The translations under genes were made by a program, and so were the position numbers. Shown one piece after another: positions 53,646 to 63,825 of a stretch of DNA of 64,000 nt. The notes below the pieces were generated by a model. It ran no database searches, was not told where the DNA came from, and worked only from the letters and a program-made list of their open reading frames with translations. Source of the DNA: Alphaproteobacteria bacterium (GTDB lineage: Bacteria; Pseudomonadota; Alphaproteobacteria; Rhizobiales; BM303); assembly GCA_024275895.1 (NCBI GenBank), contig JAJRYE010000035.1:4667-68666 (forward strand), in the 5' to 3' direction. Within the stretch, counting starts at the first letter, position 1. Every line of letters starts with the position of its first letter.

Positions 53646-54761
53646 TTACGAAACCAGCGACACCATTTGTCGGCCGTGATATTCGAGGCGGCCGGCAAGT
53701 TCAAGCTCCAGCAGGACAGTTTGCACGGTTGAAGGCGGTTCGCCGCTCAGGCGGATGATTTCATCCATCCCGACCGGGGCGGTTCCGAGCAAATCAATAA
53801 TGCGGCTGCGGGTGCTGGCTTCAGGTTCCGGACTGATTGTTATGGTTTCAGGCTTGCTCTCTTCCAGATGAGCCGGGGGCTGCATGAACAGATCTCCGTT
53901 GATGGGGGCCAGAACATCGAGGATGTCGGAGGCTGAACAGGTCAGCGCCGCGCCTTGCTTGATCAGTGCATTGGTGCCCGTCGCGCGCGGATCGGCCGGA
54001 GAGCCGGGAACCGCAAAGACTTCGCGGTTCTGCTCCCGCGCCAGACGCGCCGTGATCAGCGAGCCGGAGCGTTTGGCCGCTTCAATCACCAGCGTGCCCG
54101 AGGCCAGACCCGAGACGATCCGGTTGCGGCGCGGGAAATCCCGGGCGCGGGGTTTAAAGCCAAGCCCCATTTCGCTCACCAGAAGGCCGCGCTCGCCAAT
54201 GCTCTCATAAAGGGATTTGTTTTCTGGCGGGTAAATGATATCAAGCCCGCCAGCCATAACCGCGATTGTACCGCTATCCAGAGCGGCATAATGGGCCGCC
54301 GTGTCAATGCCGCGTGCCAGGCCCGAGATGATGGCATATCCGGCCTCTGCCACCCCGGCGGCCATGGAGCGGGCCAGCTTCAACCCGATCGCCGAGGCGT
54401 TGCGGGCGCCGACAACGGCCAGCGCCGGTTTTTTAACAAGCGTCAAATCGCCTTTTATGCATATCAGCGGCGGAGCGCCATGGATATGGCGCAGCAAGTC
54501 AGGGTAGTCGGCCTCGCCAAGGGCGATGAAACGGGCGCCGATCTTGCGCGCGGTTTCAAGCTCGGCTTTGATCTCGCCTTCGGGCGCGATTTTGATTTTG
54601 CGCTTCATGCCGCCGCGGGCCGAAAGCGCGGGCAGGGCGGCAAGGGCGGCTTTTGCGCCGCCATAGCGGTTGATCAGGGTGTAGAAGCTGGCCGGGCCGA
54701 TATTTTCGCTGCGGATGAGCCGCAGCCAGTCAAAACGCTGATCATCATTGAGGAGGATCAT
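53646..54761 (-). CDS. dprA: DNA-processing protein DprA
   Basis: Rossmann-like DprA core ([28 protein letters not shown]...SGSLITA) and a C-terminal winged-helix-like domain. Confidence 0.9.
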   Translation of the reverse strand: MILLNDDQRFDWLRLIRSENIGPASFYTLINRYGGAKAALAALPALSARGGMKRKIKIAPEGEIKAELETARKIGARFIALGEADYPDLLRHIHGAPPLICIKGDLTLVKKPALAVVGARNASAIGLKLARSMAAGVAEAGYAIISGLARGIDTAAHYAALDSGTIAVMAGGLDIIYPPENKSLYESIGERGLLVSEMGLGFKPRARDFPRRNRIVSGLASGTLVIEAAKRSGSLITARLAREQNREVFAVPGSPADPRATGTNALIKQGAALTCSASDILDVLAPINGDLFMQPPAHLEESKPETITISPEPEASTRSRIIDLLGTAPVGMDEIIRLSGEPPSTVQTVLLELELAGRLEYHGRQMVSLVS

Positions 54762-55390
54762 TTGTTATCGCCGATCCTGGATTCCTTTCCTTTCAGAAGA
54801 CGCGCGATATTTGCATGATGGGTGGCGAAAATAATGAGGGAGAATAGTGACAGGCTTCCCGATATCATGGCGATTTGAAAAACGCCCGGCGTCAGCGGGG
54901 CAAAAGCGAAAGGCGCAAACGGCATAAAGGCGCTGGCGATCAGGGCGGAAAGCGAGGAATAGCGGAATAAAAAGGCGCTGGTGAGCCAGACCAGACAAAA
55001 AACCGCCGCCGCGGGCCAGTATATCCCGAACAGGATGCCGATATAGGTCGCAACCCCCTTGCCGCCCCTGAATTTGAGCCAGACCGGGAAGATGTGCCCG
55101 ATCAGCGCGCCAAAACCGGCGGCAATCGCCGGGATGCGGTCGCCGCCATGGGAGAACAATATATAGGCGATGACAATGGGAAGGAAACCCTTGAGCATGT
55201 CCAGCAGCAAGGTTGCCGCCGCCAGCCCCTTGCGTCCGGCGCGAAGGACATTGGTTGCGCCGGTATTGCCCGAGCCGATGGCGCGCACATCGCCCAGCCC
55301 GGCCAGACGGGTGAGGATGAGACCGAAGGGAATCGAGCCAAGCAGATAGCCGACAACAAACAGGGCAATTAAAAAGGGCAGGGGCAGCAT
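54758..55390 (-). CDS. plsY: glycerol-3-phosphate acyltransferase PlsY
   Basis: [22 protein letters not shown] and FRGGKGVAT motifs. 4-nt overlap with dprA. Confidence 0.9.
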   Translation of the reverse strand: MLPLPFLIALFVVGYLLGSIPFGLILTRLAGLGDVRAIGSGNTGATNVLRAGRKGLAAATLLLDMLKGFLPIVIAYILFSHGGDRIPAIAAGFGALIGHIFPVWLKFRGGKGVATYIGILFGIYWPAAAVFCLVWLTSAFLFRYSSLSALIASAFMPFAPFAFAPLTPGVFQIAMISGSLSLFSLIIFATHHANIARLLKGKESRIGDNK

Positions 55391-55404
55391 GGTTTTGTTC
55401 CGGA

Positions 55405-56715
55405 TCAGGAGAGTTGAAACACGCTAGCGCCACCGACGATTGTATGCAAGGCCCGGCCTTGAAAACGTTTGTCTTCAAAGGGCGTGTTCTTGGATTTTGA
55501 CTTGAGCGCATCAGCGTCCACCTGCCACGGCGTATCAGGATCAAACAACACCAGATCGGCCGGTGCGCCGCGCCCCATGCGGCCCGTGTCGAGCTTTAAT
55601 ATTTCCGCCGGTCTGGCGGTGACGGCGCCAAGGGCGGTGATGAGTGCAATGCCTTCATTATGCACTAAAGAGAGCAGGGCGGGCAGCAGGGTTTCAACGC
55701 CGATAGCGCCGTAAGCGGCCTCTTCAAAGGGGTGGCGCTTGGTGTCCGGGTCCTGGGGGTCGTGGGATGAGACAATGACATCGATAATGCCGTCTGCCAA
55801 ACCCTCGACAAGGCTTTTGCGGTCCGCCTCGCGGCGCAGGGGCGGCGACATTTTGAAAAAAGTGCGGTAGGGGCCGATATCGTTTTCATTCAGCACCAGA
55901 TGATTGATGCTCACGCCACAGGTGACAGGCAGGCCCTTTGCCTTGGCGCTGGCGATGGCCTCAAGGGCATCGGCGCAGGAAATCTGCGCTGCGTGATAAC
56001 GCGCCCCGGTAAGCTCGACAAGGCGCAGATCACGCTCGACGAGGATGGTTTCGGCCGCCGCCGGAATGCCGGGCAGCCCCAGACGCGTGGCAACCAGCCC
56101 CTCATTCATGACGCCGCCTCTGGCAAGATCGGGGTCTTCGGTATGTTGCACCACCAGCGCGCCGAAAATTCTGGCATAGGTCAGCATACGGCGGAACAAT
56201 TGCGCATCGGTGATGGATTTGACGCCATCGGTAAAGGCGATTGCGCCCGCCTCGCTCAGGAGGCCGATTTCGGTCATCTCCTTGCCCAAAAGCCCCCTGC
56301 TCAGGGCGGCCATGGGGTGGACGCGGATGACGGCGGTGTCACGGGCGCGCCGGGCGATAAAATCGACCAGGGCGACCTCGTCAATCACCGGGTTTGTGTT
56401 GGGCATGCAGATCATTGAAGTGACGCCGCCCGCCGCCGCCGCCTGCGAGGCGGTGGCGAGGGTTTCAGTGTGTTCAGCGCCCGGTTCCCCGGCAAAAACC
56501 CGCATATCGATCAGACCAGGGGCCAGAATATGACCGCCACATTCGATGATATTGGCGTTTCGCGGCGCGCTTTTGGCGCTGATATGAGGGCCGATATCGG
56601 CGATCATGCCATTGCGAATCAGCACGCCGCCGGTTTCATCGCGCCCGGAGGCCGGGTCAATGAGGCGGGCATTGACGAGGGCCGCATTGGCCGGGGTGGC
56701 TGCGGAAAGGTGCAT
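55405..56715 (-). CDS. pyrC: dihydroorotase-like protein, probably non-catalytic (PyrC'-type)
   Basis: Amidohydrolase fold of ~430-aa class I DHOases, but the HxH metal motif position reads [13 protein letters not shown] and a further expected His reads YHAAQIS. It starts 1 nt after the pyrB stop. Confidence 0.8.
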   Translation of the reverse strand: MHLSAATPANAALVNARLIDPASGRDETGGVLIRNGMIADIGPHISAKSAPRNANIIECGGHILAPGLIDMRVFAGEPGAEHTETLATASQAAAAGGVTSMICMPNTNPVIDEVALVDFIARRARDTAVIRVHPMAALSRGLLGKEMTEIGLLSEAGAIAFTDGVKSITDAQLFRRMLTYARIFGALVVQHTEDPDLARGGVMNEGLVATRLGLPGIPAAAETILVERDLRLVELTGARYHAAQISCADALEAIASAKAKGLPVTCGVSINHLVLNENDIGPYRTFFKMSPPLRREADRKSLVEGLADGIIDVIVSSHDPQDPDTKRHPFEEAAYGAIGVETLLPALLSLVHNEGIALITALGAVTARPAEILKLDTGRMGRGAPADLVLFDPDTPWQVDADALKSKSKNTPFEDKRFQGRALHTIVGGASVFQLS

Positions 56716-56716
56716 G

Positions 56717-57685
56717 TCAGATCACCTCGTCAGAATTGGGCAAATGATGGCTTAAGGCTTCCAGAACCGCCATGCGCACGGCAACGCCCATTTCCACCTG
56801 TTCGCGGATCAATGAGCGCGGGTGATCGGCAACCAGGGAGGAGATTTCCACGCCTCTGTTCATGGGGCCGGGATGCATCACCACGGCGTCGGGCCTGGCG
56901 AAGGCAAGTTTTTCCCGGTCGAGGCCGAAAAAATGAAAATACTCGCGCGGCGAAGGCACGAAGGCGCCGCGCATGCGCTCGGATTGCAGGCGCAGCATCA
57001 TGACGATATCACAGTTTTCAAGCCCCTCGCGCATATCGGTGAAAATCTCCGCCCCCAGTTTTTCCGCATCGGCGGGAAGCAAGGTGGCAGGGGCGATCAG
57101 GCGTATACGGGCGCCAAGCGCACCCAGACACAAGATGTTCGAGCGCGCCACCCTTGAGTGGAGGATATCGCCGCAAATGGCAACATTGAGCCCTTCAAAG
57201 CGGCCCTTGTGGCGTTTTATGGTCAGGGCGTCGAGCAGGGCCTGGGTCGGATGTTCATGGGCGCCGTCGCCAGCGTTGATCACCGAGCAGCCGACCTTTT
57301 GCGCCAGCAATTCAACCGCGCCGGCACTGTGATGCCGTACGATGAGCAGATCGGGATGCATGGCGTTGAGGGTCATCGCCGTGTCGATGAGGGTTTCGCC
57401 CTTTTTCACCGAAGAAGTGCGTACGGACATATTGACCACATCTGCCCCCAGCCTTTTTCCCGCCAGTTCAAACGAGCTCTGGGTGCGGGTTGAGCTTTCA
57501 AAAAACAGATTGATCTGGGTGCGCCCGCGCAAGGTGTCGCGTTTTTTGTCAACCTGCTGGTTGAGTTTGACGTATTTTTCGGAAAGATCGAGTAATGTAT
57601 TGATATCACTGGCGGAAATCCCGCGAATACCAAGCAGGTGCCGGTGCGGGAACGAAGGTCCCTTATGAGAAGCATGTGGTGTCAT
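56717..57685 (-). CDS. pyrB: aspartate carbamoyltransferase catalytic subunit
   Basis: [14 protein letters not shown], and the HPGP/MNRG C-terminal motif. 322 aa. Confidence 0.95.
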   Translation of the reverse strand: MTPHASHKGPSFPHRHLLGIRGISASDINTLLDLSEKYVKLNQQVDKKRDTLRGRTQINLFFESSTRTQSSFELAGKRLGADVVNMSVRTSSVKKGETLIDTAMTLNAMHPDLLIVRHHSAGAVELLAQKVGCSVINAGDGAHEHPTQALLDALTIKRHKGRFEGLNVAICGDILHSRVARSNILCLGALGARIRLIAPATLLPADAEKLGAEIFTDMREGLENCDIVMMLRLQSERMRGAFVPSPREYFHFFGLDREKLAFARPDAVVMHPGPMNRGVEISSLVADHPRSLIREQVEMGVAVRMAVLEALSHHLPNSDEVI

Positions 57686-57729
57686 TAAAAATCACCTTAT
57701 AGGCGCAAGCCCGCTTTGCGGCAAGAGGT

Positions 57730-58653
57730 TTAATACGCCGCCAGCCACAAAATGGCGGGCATGGTGATGATGGCGGCCAGCACCTGGGCGGTGATGATAT
57801 TGGCCATTAATGAGGCGTCCCCGCCCATCTGGCGCGACAATATGTAAGATGAGGCGGCGGTCGGCACGGCGGCGGCGATCATCGCCACTGCGCGGGCAAG
57901 ACCGTCGATGCCAAAAAACGAGGCGCTTGCATACATCAAAAGCGGCATGGCAATGAGGCGCAGGGTCACGCCGAGAGCCACCATCAGGTTATCGCGAAAA
58001 TCAAGCGAGAACCGCAAGCCGGCGCCAACTGTGAGCAGACCAAGCCCCAGACCGCCGCCGCCAAGAATATCAAGAAAATTATAAGCGACCCTGGGAATGC
58101 CGAGCCCGGTGAGGTTGAGGAAAAGTCCAAAAGCACAGGCGGAAATAAAGGGGTTGCGCAGCACCTGCAATACGAGCTTGCGGAACGAGAATGTCTGTCC
58201 GGCATAAACTGAGAGCACAACAACATTGACGAAGTTTAAAACGGGAACAAATATAGCAATGATCAGGGCGATGTAGGTTAGGCCGGGATCACCATAAAGC
58301 AGCCCCGTCACGGCAAGGGCGACAAAGCCGTTCCAGCGCGTAACGCCCTGAAAAAGTGAAGTAAAAGCGGAACCTCCGACCCCGTTTGCCTTTAGAACAG
58401 GCCACAGGCCCAGCAAAAAAACCGTCATGATGGCAACAGTCGTGATCAGCACTGCGGTATAGCTGGAGATTGCGATTGTGGACAGATCGGCGACCGAGAG
58501 GGTTTTGATCAGCAGGGCCGGGTAGAGAAAAAAATAGCAAAGCTCGGCCAGCCCTTTCCATGCTTCCTCGCCCATCGGTCCGCGGCGCTTGAGGACAGCG
58601 CCCAGAATGATAAGGGCGAAAACCGGAAACAGGGCTTCAAATACCGCAAGCAT
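57730..58653 (-). CDS. AEC (auxin efflux carrier) family transporter
   Basis: 307 aa, about 10 TM, duplicated 5-TM pattern typical of AEC permeases. Confidence 0.8.
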   Translation of the reverse strand: MLAVFEALFPVFALIILGAVLKRRGPMGEEAWKGLAELCYFFLYPALLIKTLSVADLSTIAISSYTAVLITTVAIMTVFLLGLWPVLKANGVGGSAFTSLFQGVTRWNGFVALAVTGLLYGDPGLTYIALIIAIFVPVLNFVNVVVLSVYAGQTFSFRKLVLQVLRNPFISACAFGLFLNLTGLGIPRVAYNFLDILGGGGLGLGLLTVGAGLRFSLDFRDNLMVALGVTLRLIAMPLLMYASASFFGIDGLARAVAMIAAAVPTAASSYILSRQMGGDASLMANIITAQVLAAIITMPAILWLAAY

Positions 58654-58656
58654 GTC

Positions 58657-59127
58657 TTACCCCCTCAGGGAATCAAGAGCGCCTTGCAGGATAAAGGCGG
58701 CGGCCATTTTATCGACAAGTTCGGCGCGGCGCTTGCGGCTGCGGTCGGCCTCAAGAAGGGTGCGGGTCACCGCGACCGTGGACAGGCGTTCATCCCAGAA
58801 CAGGATCGGGACAGGGGTGAGTTTCGCCATGTTATGGGCAAAAGCCCGGGTGGACTGGGCACGCGGGCCCTCCGAACCATCCATATTCAACGGAAGCCCG
58901 AGCAGCAGCGCGGCGATATCATGCTCGTTTATGATCTCCAGCAGGGTCCGGGAATCCCTGGCGAATTTGCTGCGCCGGAGGGTTTGTAGCGGCGTGGCAA
59001 TGCACAAGGACGTATCGGAAAGCGCTAGTCCGATGGTTTTCGTGCCCAGATCAAGCCCCAGAACCCTTTGTCCAGGGGCCAGACCGGATTTGACTTGCGC
59101 CAGAGTGATGCCATCGTGAGTGCTCAT
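58657..59127 (-). CDS. ruvX: Holliday junction resolvase-like protein RuvX (YqgF)
   Basis: VLGLDLGTKTIGLALSD, DERLST and the ILQGALD C-terminus. Start uncertain (ATG at 59127 or TTG at 59163). Confidence 0.85.
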   Translation of the reverse strand: MSTHDGITLAQVKSGLAPGQRVLGLDLGTKTIGLALSDTSLCIATPLQTLRRSKFARDSRTLLEIINEHDIAALLLGLPLNMDGSEGPRAQSTRAFAHNMAKLTPVPILFWDERLSTVAVTRTLLEADRSRKRRAELVDKMAAAFILQGALDSLRG

Positions 59128-59227
59128 ATCGCCGCGGATAAGAGGGCGCGGCAATAATGTCAATGGCGGGTGGTGAAATTATGCAATACTCATCCCATAT
59201 CAGCTGCCTCACGGAGGAAATTGAAGC

Positions 59228-59866
59228 ATGAGCGATATGTCGGAAATCTTCAGCCCTGAAATTGCGGAAATCATGGCGCGGCAGGGTAAGGAAATTACCG
59301 CGCCGGCCGGTACGACCCTGTTTGAGCCGGGGGGCAAATGCGCCATGTTCCTTGTTGTCATGGAAGGGCGGGTGAGGGTGCAGATGCTGGCTGAAACCGG
59401 GCGCGAAATCGTACTCTACCGCGTTTTTCCCGGTGAAACCTGCGTTTTGACAACCTCGTGTCTTCTGGCCCATTCCGCCTATCGCGCCGAGGGGGTGGCG
59501 GAAACCGAAATTAGCGCCCTCACGCTTCCGGCTGACAGGTTCCGTGTGTTGCTGAAAGAATCCGATGCCTTCCGGCAATTTGTTTTCGCCACTTATGGCA
59601 AGCGGTTTTCGGATTTGATGGAGCTTATCGAAGAGGTGGTTTTCCGGCGCATAGATATCCGTCTGGCGCGCTTCTTGCTCAAATTCACCGATGATTCGGG
59701 CTGTCTTGAACAAACCCATCAGGAAATTGCCGTTGAACTGGGCACAGCGCGCGAGGTTATCAGCCGCCAGTTGAAGGAATTTGAGCGCCGCGGCTGGGTC
59801 TCCTTGTCACGAGGCAAGATCGCTCTGGAAAAATGCGGCTATCTGCGCGCCCTAGCGGAAAGTTGA
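59228..59866 (+). CDS. Crp/Fnr family transcriptional regulator
   Basis: cNMP-binding-like beta-roll followed by the HTH (THQEIAVELGTAREVISRQLKEFERRG). There is no N-terminal Cys cluster, so it is not an Fnr-type O2 sensor. Confidence 0.85.
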   Translation: MSDMSEIFSPEIAEIMARQGKEITAPAGTTLFEPGGKCAMFLVVMEGRVRVQMLAETGREIVLYRVFPGETCVLTTSCLLAHSAYRAEGVAETEISALTLPADRFRVLLKESDAFRQFVFATYGKRFSDLMELIEEVVFRRIDIRLARFLLKFTDDSGCLEQTHQEIAVELGTAREVISRQLKEFERRGWVSLSRGKIALEKCGYLRALAES

Positions 59867-59872
59867 GAAAAT

Positions 59873-59885
59873 TGTGATGATATCA
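59873..59885. promoter_or_regulatory. short palindrome GTGAT-gat-ATCAC upstream of the DUF2892 gene
   Basis: It lies 7 nt after the crp/fnr stop and about 85 nt upstream of the next ATG. The half-sites resemble Crp/Fnr half-sites, but the 3-nt spacing is atypical. Confidence 0.2.
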
Positions 59886-59969
59886 CCGACAAAAGCAGGC
59901 TTTTCTGACATGATCTGCGCATTAGAAGCAGAATAAAGAATCTGAAAGACGGGTTCCAAGGAGAAGAGC

Positions 59970-60167
59970 ATGTCAATAAATGAAGGTGGTATTGACCGCA
60001 TCTTGCGAATTGTTGTCGGGCTTGTCCTGATTGCCCTTGTTTTCGTTGGCCCCAAAACCCCGTGGGGCTGGATAGGCATTGTGCCCCTCCTCACCGGGCT
60101 GATCGGCTGGTGTCCGGCTTATCTTCTTTTTGGCATTAAAACCTGCAAGGTGAAAAATTCCGGCTGA
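59970..60167 (+). CDS. DUF2892 (YgaP-like) small membrane protein
   Basis: 65 aa. DRILRIVVGLVLI ... GLIGWCPAY..FGI pattern. GGAGAAG lies upstream. Confidence 0.75.
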   Translation: MSINEGGIDRILRIVVGLVLIALVFVGPKTPWGWIGIVPLLTGLIGWCPAYLLFGIKTCKVKNSG

Positions 60168-60200
60168 TTCCGGGCGGAGTTGCACCCCGGACAAGGGGGC

Positions 60201-61109
60201 TCAATGCCGGTAAGCCGCCATCATGACACCGGGCAGGACGAACAAAAAGCCGAATAGGTGATAGGTTTGCAAGTGCTCGCCCAAAAACAGGACCGCAAGA
60301 AGGGCGGCGTAAACCGGCATAAAATATAAAAATACCCCGGTTTGCGACGGGCCGATGGTCTTGATGCCGAATTTGTAGATTGAAAACGCCAGAACCGAGG
60401 GCAAAAGGGCAACGCCGAAAATGCTTGCCCATGCCATCGGCTCGACCGGAATACCCGCGCCCTGAGTGATCTCCCATAATGCAAAAGGCGCCAGAACAAG
60501 CGCGCCCATCGCGATAATGGTGGAAAAAAGCGGCAAAATAGGAATGCCGCTTAAGGATTTGTGCTTTTGCAGCGTTGAATAGGCGGCCCAGCTTATGCTG
60601 GCAATGCCGATTAGGATATCGCCCTGATTGAACTGCATGGCAAAAAGCTTTGCCAATGAGCCTTTCATCAGGATGAGGCTCATGCCGGTAAAGGCCAGGG
60701 CGATCCCCAAAATCTGGCGGGCCGTGATTGTTCTACCAAAAAAAACCCGGTCGATCAGGACGATAAAGAGCGGCGATGTGGCATAGATCAGGGCGGCATT
60801 TGTCGCTTGCGTTTCACTCAGCCCCAGATAAACAACAGCGCCGCAAATCCCCATCCCCAATATTCCGAGTAACACCAGCAAGGGAAGCTGCCCGGCAAGC
60901 TGCTCGCGATTGTCCCGCAGGCCCTTCCAGGTAAAAGGGAGCAGGATCAAAAACGCCACAACCCAGCGGAAAAACGCCATGGTTGCCGGTTCCAGCATCG
61001 AGCTGGCGGCGCGGCCGATAATGATGTTCGAGGAAAACAGCAGCGGCATGACCGCAAGCAGGCCATATGTCAGCCACGGATTGCGTGGGTTCGCATCTGA
61101 ATGTATCAA
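60201..61109 (-). CDS. DMT superfamily (EamA-like) transporter
   Basis: 302 aa, 10 TM, two EamA repeats. Confidence 0.85.
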   Translation of the reverse strand: MIHSDANPRNPWLTYGLLAVMPLLFSSNIIIGRAASSMLEPATMAFFRWVVAFLILLPFTWKGLRDNREQLAGQLPLLVLLGILGMGICGAVVYLGLSETQATNAALIYATSPLFIVLIDRVFFGRTITARQILGIALAFTGMSLILMKGSLAKLFAMQFNQGDILIGIASISWAAYSTLQKHKSLSGIPILPLFSTIIAMGALVLAPFALWEITQGAGIPVEPMAWASIFGVALLPSVLAFSIYKFGIKTIGPSQTGVFLYFMPVYAALLAVLFLGEHLQTYHLFGFLFVLPGVMMAAYRH

Positions 61110-61250
61110 CAGCTGGAAACTCCAAAATTGCGGTTGAGCATTATTTCCGGTCTTTTACCTGAACAAGAAATCACCCTGATAATAAATTTCCGGAATTTGC
61201 AAGGTAAACTGATATCGGGGCAGCCTGGTATGCGCCCAGAGAACAGAGTT

Positions 61251-61276
61251 GTCATGCCCGTCTCACGGGAATGACG
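61251..61276. repeat. REP-like hairpin
   Basis: GTCATGCCCGT-ctc-ACGGGAATGAC(G), with 11-nt arms and 1 mismatch. It ends in the shared GGAATGACG 9-mer. Confidence 0.45.
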
Positions 61277-61302
61277 GCTTATAAACCGGTAATAAACAGA
61301 TT

Positions 61303-62310
61303 TTACAATGGTTTCCCGCCATATCTGGATTGTTTGCACCTGATGCCTTCAAGCTTCAGGCGGGCGCACAGCTCAATGGCGTCGGCGATGTGGTTGAACG
61401 GGCCGGCAACCAGATCAAAGACTTTTTCGCCGCCCTTTGTTGTCGCCGGCATGACCTGCGGCTCCAGAACCGACAACTCGCTTGCCTTGCCGCGGATCAG
61501 CCTTTCCCATTCCACCGCCAGTCTGGAAACGGTGCGCGCCCGCGCCAGTTTGACGGCGTATTGCTCTTTTGGCTTTGCCGGCCCGGCCGCTCCGGTTGTC
61601 CCTGCGGGTTTCTTCGCGGGGGGTGAGGCGGGTCTTGCAATATTCGTTGTATTGAGCGCCACCATTTTTGTTGCCGGTGGTTTGGCGCGCGCCTCGCCGG
61701 TGTCCTGATGGGCTATGGCCGGCGCAGCCGGTGCAATGGGGGATTTGATGCGTTCCCGGGCAGGGGATATGCCGGTGAGAAGGTCGGCTTTTGCGGCCGA
61801 GTTGATCTGGTTCTCGGGTTTGATTGCACCTGTTTTCGGCTGCGAGGACGAGGCGCTCCGGTTATCGGGGGCGGTGATTGATCCTGTGACCGTGCCGACG
61901 ATTTTCTCAAGTTTTACGATTCTGGCGTCCTGTTTTTCCATGGCGGCATTGATCACCTTGAGCGTATCGGCCATTTTTGACAGTTCAATCTTCAAACCGG
62001 CGATTTCACGCATCAGCGGATTCCGGTTTTTTTCCACTTCGGCTGTTTTTTGGTGTTTGGCAGAGCGCTCGACCGCGGGGACGGGAGCTTTAGCAGCGGT
62101 TGCAACAGCAGGGGATTTAACCGGAAAACCGGCCTTCTCCAGAACCCAGGGGGATTGCAGCACGATAACGACAATAAGAGCAATTGCGAACACGCCAAGA
62201 ACAGGCCATATCCACAAGGCAAACCGGGAACCGGTTTCTGTATCCCCGTCGGAAATATCAAATTTGAACTTGTCCGAATAATTTTCGCGCATATTAAAAG
62301 CGTCCGCCAT
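61303..62310 (-). CDS. SPOR domain-containing membrane protein
   Basis: N-terminal TM (IWPVLGVFAIALIVVIVL), a coiled-coil segment, a Pro/Ala-rich linker and a C-terminal SPOR-like domain (YAVKLARARTVSRLAVEWERL...FDLVAGPF...A..LC..L). Confidence 0.75.
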   Translation of the reverse strand: MADAFNMRENYSDKFKFDISDGDTETGSRFALWIWPVLGVFAIALIVVIVLQSPWVLEKAGFPVKSPAVATAAKAPVPAVERSAKHQKTAEVEKNRNPLMREIAGLKIELSKMADTLKVINAAMEKQDARIVKLEKIVGTVTGSITAPDNRSASSSQPKTGAIKPENQINSAAKADLLTGISPARERIKSPIAPAAPAIAHQDTGEARAKPPATKMVALNTTNIARPASPPAKKPAGTTGAAGPAKPKEQYAVKLARARTVSRLAVEWERLIRGKASELSVLEPQVMPATTKGGEKVFDLVAGPFNHIADAIELCARLKLEGIRCKQSRYGGKPL

Positions 62311-62354
62311 AATCGTAACGAAATCCCCGTTTACTGCTGCGACAATGTCTGAGT

Positions 62355-62385
62355 CGCCCTACCGGGTCAAATAATCGGTAGGGCG
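62355..62385. other. 10-bp perfect hairpin in the SPOR/glmU divergent spacer
   Basis: CGCCCTACCG-(11 nt loop)-CGGTAGGGCG. Confidence 0.3.
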
Positions 62386-62426
62386 CCAGGCATAATGAGG
62401 ATTTAAATATTTGGCAGTCTGTGTCA

Positions 62427-62441
62427 TTAAGCACGAATTAA
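62427..62441. promoter_or_regulatory. CtrA-box-like motif TTAA-N7-TTAA
   Basis: TTAAgcacgaaTTAA lies 37 nt upstream of the glmU ATG and about 117 nt upstream of the divergent SPOR gene. This is a motif match only. Confidence 0.2.
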
Positions 62442-62477
62442 TATTGTCCCGAGACCAGCAACGAACAAAGAAAACCC

Positions 62478-63824
62478 ATGTCAATTTCTGAAAAACGAGC
62501 CATCGTACTTGCCGCGGGGATGGGCACAAGGATGAAATCAGCCCTTCCCAAGGTCATGCACAAGATTGCCGGGCGCAGCATGATCGCCCATGTTCTCGCT
62601 ATTGCGGGGCGGGCCGGATTTGCGCAGATTACGGCGGTTATTGGGCCCGAGAGCGGTGCGCTTGAAGATGAAATCGGCAGGCAGGTTCCCGGCGCCCGGA
62701 TCGCGTATCAAGAAGAGCGGCTTGGAACGGCGCATGCCGTGGGCATGGCGCGCGGCGATATTGAAGAAACCGACGACGATATTCTTGTGCTTTACGGTGA
62801 TACGCCGCTTATCCGCGCTCAAACCCTCACCCTAATGAGCGAGGAACTGACCAGGGCCGATCTGGTGGTTCTGGGGTTTGAAGCCGCCGATCCCACGGGT
62901 TATGGCCGCCTGATCCTGGAAGCGAATGGCGAGTTGGCGGCCATTCGCGAACATGCCGATGCAAGTGATGAGGAAAGACGCATAACCTTGTGCAATTCCG
63001 GTGTGATGGCGTTCCGGGGCGGCGTTTTGCCCGGATTGCTGGACAGGATCGGCAATGATAACGCCAAGGAGGAATATTATCTTACCGATGCGGTTGAACT
63101 TGCCAAGCAGGCCGGACTGAGATGCGCGGTTGTGACGGCGGGCGAGGATGATGTTCTGGGGATCAATTCGCGCCCTCAACTGGCGCAGGCGGAAGCCATT
63201 ATGCAGGGCAGGTTGCGGGCGGCGGCCATGGCGGGCGGCGCGAGCTTGCACGATCCCGCCAGTGTTTATTTCAGCTTCGACACCAAAATCGGGCGCGACG
63301 TCATCATAGAGCCTTGCGTCGTCTTTGGCCCAGGTGTGAGCATCGGGGATGATGTCGTGATCAAGGGATTTTGCCATATCGAACAGGCGCGCATTGCCAA
63401 AGGCTGCGTCATCGGGCCCTTTGCAAGATTACGCCCCGGAGCCGAGCTTGCGGCCGGCGTCAAACTGGGCAATTTTGTTGAAATCAAGCAATCCAGGGTA
63501 CATGAAGGTGCAAAGATCAGCCATCTGAGCTATATCGGCGATGCGGAGATTGGCTGCAACGCCAATATCGGAGCCGGAACCATTACCTGCAATTATGACG
63601 GTTTTAACAAGAATTTGACAAAGATCGGCGAGGGCGCCTTCATCGGTTCCAATTCGGCTCTGGTGGCGCCGGTAAGCATTGGTCCGGGCGCTTATATCGG
63701 GTCCGGCTCGGTGATTACAAAGGATGTCCCGGCCGATGCGCTTGGCGTTGCGCGGGGCAAACAGGTGGAAAAAACCGGCTGGGCCAGCGCTTTTCGCCGG
63801 GCTAACGCAAAAAAGGGTAAGTGA
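62478..63824 (+). CDS. glmU: bifunctional UDP-N-acetylglucosamine diphosphorylase / glucosamine-1-phosphate N-acetyltransferase
   Basis: [11 protein letters not shown] nucleotidyltransferase motif and C-terminal left-handed beta-helix hexapeptide repeats. 448 aa. Confidence 0.95.
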   Translation: MSISEKRAIVLAAGMGTRMKSALPKVMHKIAGRSMIAHVLAIAGRAGFAQITAVIGPESGALEDEIGRQVPGARIAYQEERLGTAHAVGMARGDIEETDDDILVLYGDTPLIRAQTLTLMSEELTRADLVVLGFEAADPTGYGRLILEANGELAAIREHADASDEERRITLCNSGVMAFRGGVLPGLLDRIGNDNAKEEYYLTDAVELAKQAGLRCAVVTAGEDDVLGINSRPQLAQAEAIMQGRLRAAAMAGGASLHDPASVYFSFDTKIGRDVIIEPCVVFGPGVSIGDDVVIKGFCHIEQARIAKGCVIGPFARLRPGAELAAGVKLGNFVEIKQSRVHEGAKISHLSYIGDAEIGCNANIGAGTITCNYDGFNKNLTKIGEGAFIGSNSALVAPVSIGPGAYIGSGSVITKDVPADALGVARGKQVEKTGWASAFRRANAKKGK

Positions 63825-63825
63825 A

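Noticed and set aside
53955-55544. ORFs 53955..54818 (+) and 54765..55544 (-)
   Set aside because: The first is antisense to dprA. The second is an out-of-frame overlap of plsY. Both are Arg/Gly-rich shadow ORFs.
10458-61276. CRISPR array formed by the CGTCATTCC-type repeats
   Set aside because: The copies are dispersed over 50 kb, in both orientations, without regular spacing or spacers, and there are no cas genes. They are REP/MITE-like, not CRISPR.
62311-62477. glmS ribozyme or another riboswitch upstream of glmU-glmS
   Set aside because: The glmS ribozyme is a Gram-positive element located directly upstream of glmS. Here glmS follows glmU by 1 nt, and the spacer has only one simple hairpin, with none of the nested pseudoknot structure.
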